A stretch of DNA of 64,000 nt from Octopus sinensis (lineage: Eukaryota). Position 1 is the first letter of the stretch. Every line of letters begins with the position of its first letter. Of this stretch, positions 63,743-64,000 are shown one piece after another. Under the pieces are notes generated by a model, which had not been told where the DNA came from, did not search any database, and worked only from the letters and a program-made list of their open reading frames with translations. Location of the stretch: assembly GCF_006345805.1 (NCBI RefSeq), contig NC_042997.1:125798001-125862000 (forward strand), in the 5' to 3' direction. A program made the position numbers and the translations under genes.

Positions 63743-64000
63743 CTAAGGGAAATATTACCTTACTTGAAAACAGGTAAGCGTTGGCAACAGGAAGAGCATC
63801 TGGCTGTAGAAATATCTGCCTCAACAAGTCTTGTCTGGCACATGCAAGCATAGAAAAGGATGTTGCAATTAAGATGATAATGATATGATGATGAAAACCT
63901 ATTCAATGTGGTATGACCTTGCTTGTTCATATGCTGCAAAGTGAAGATGAAATTTTCACCCAGCTACAACTTCTACAACTATTACATGTCTCTTTTCAGT

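Overview
AT-rich, extremely repeat-dense animal genomic DNA. The SINE/RTE repertoire and microsatellite load point to an octopus (inference). One protein-coding gene is well supported: a SQSTM1/p62-like gene on the + strand with six in-phase coding exons (17726-17821 PB1 acidic half, 30864-31063 ZZ finger, 31765-31888, 33823-34046, 37027-37726, 46420-46595 UBA + stop; 1520 nt, about 506 aa). Its first exon was not found in the window. The protein keeps PB1-ZZ-UBA and several p62 intron phases but diverges at N-degron-binding ZZ residues and lacks a recognisable LIR/KIR at the usual position. Everything else is intronic or intergenic and built from tRNA-derived SINEs, RTE, CR1, R4/Dong-like and Penelope-like retroelement fragments, Tc1/mariner, hAT and piggyBac-type MITEs, a non-autonomous Helitron, foldback elements, two minisatellites and long microsatellites. 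Most notable non-coding observations: a type I hammerhead ribozyme on a ~50-bp extended helix (13252-13385, - strand), a minimal hammerhead (6656-6701), a CR1 fragment with a 214-bp flanking duplication, a Penelope element with twin-priming-like inversion, a compositionally alien RTE insertion with an 18-bp TSD, and two short templated duplications of repeat flanks. All alignments and folds were done by eye, and repeat boundaries are approximate unless a TSD is given.
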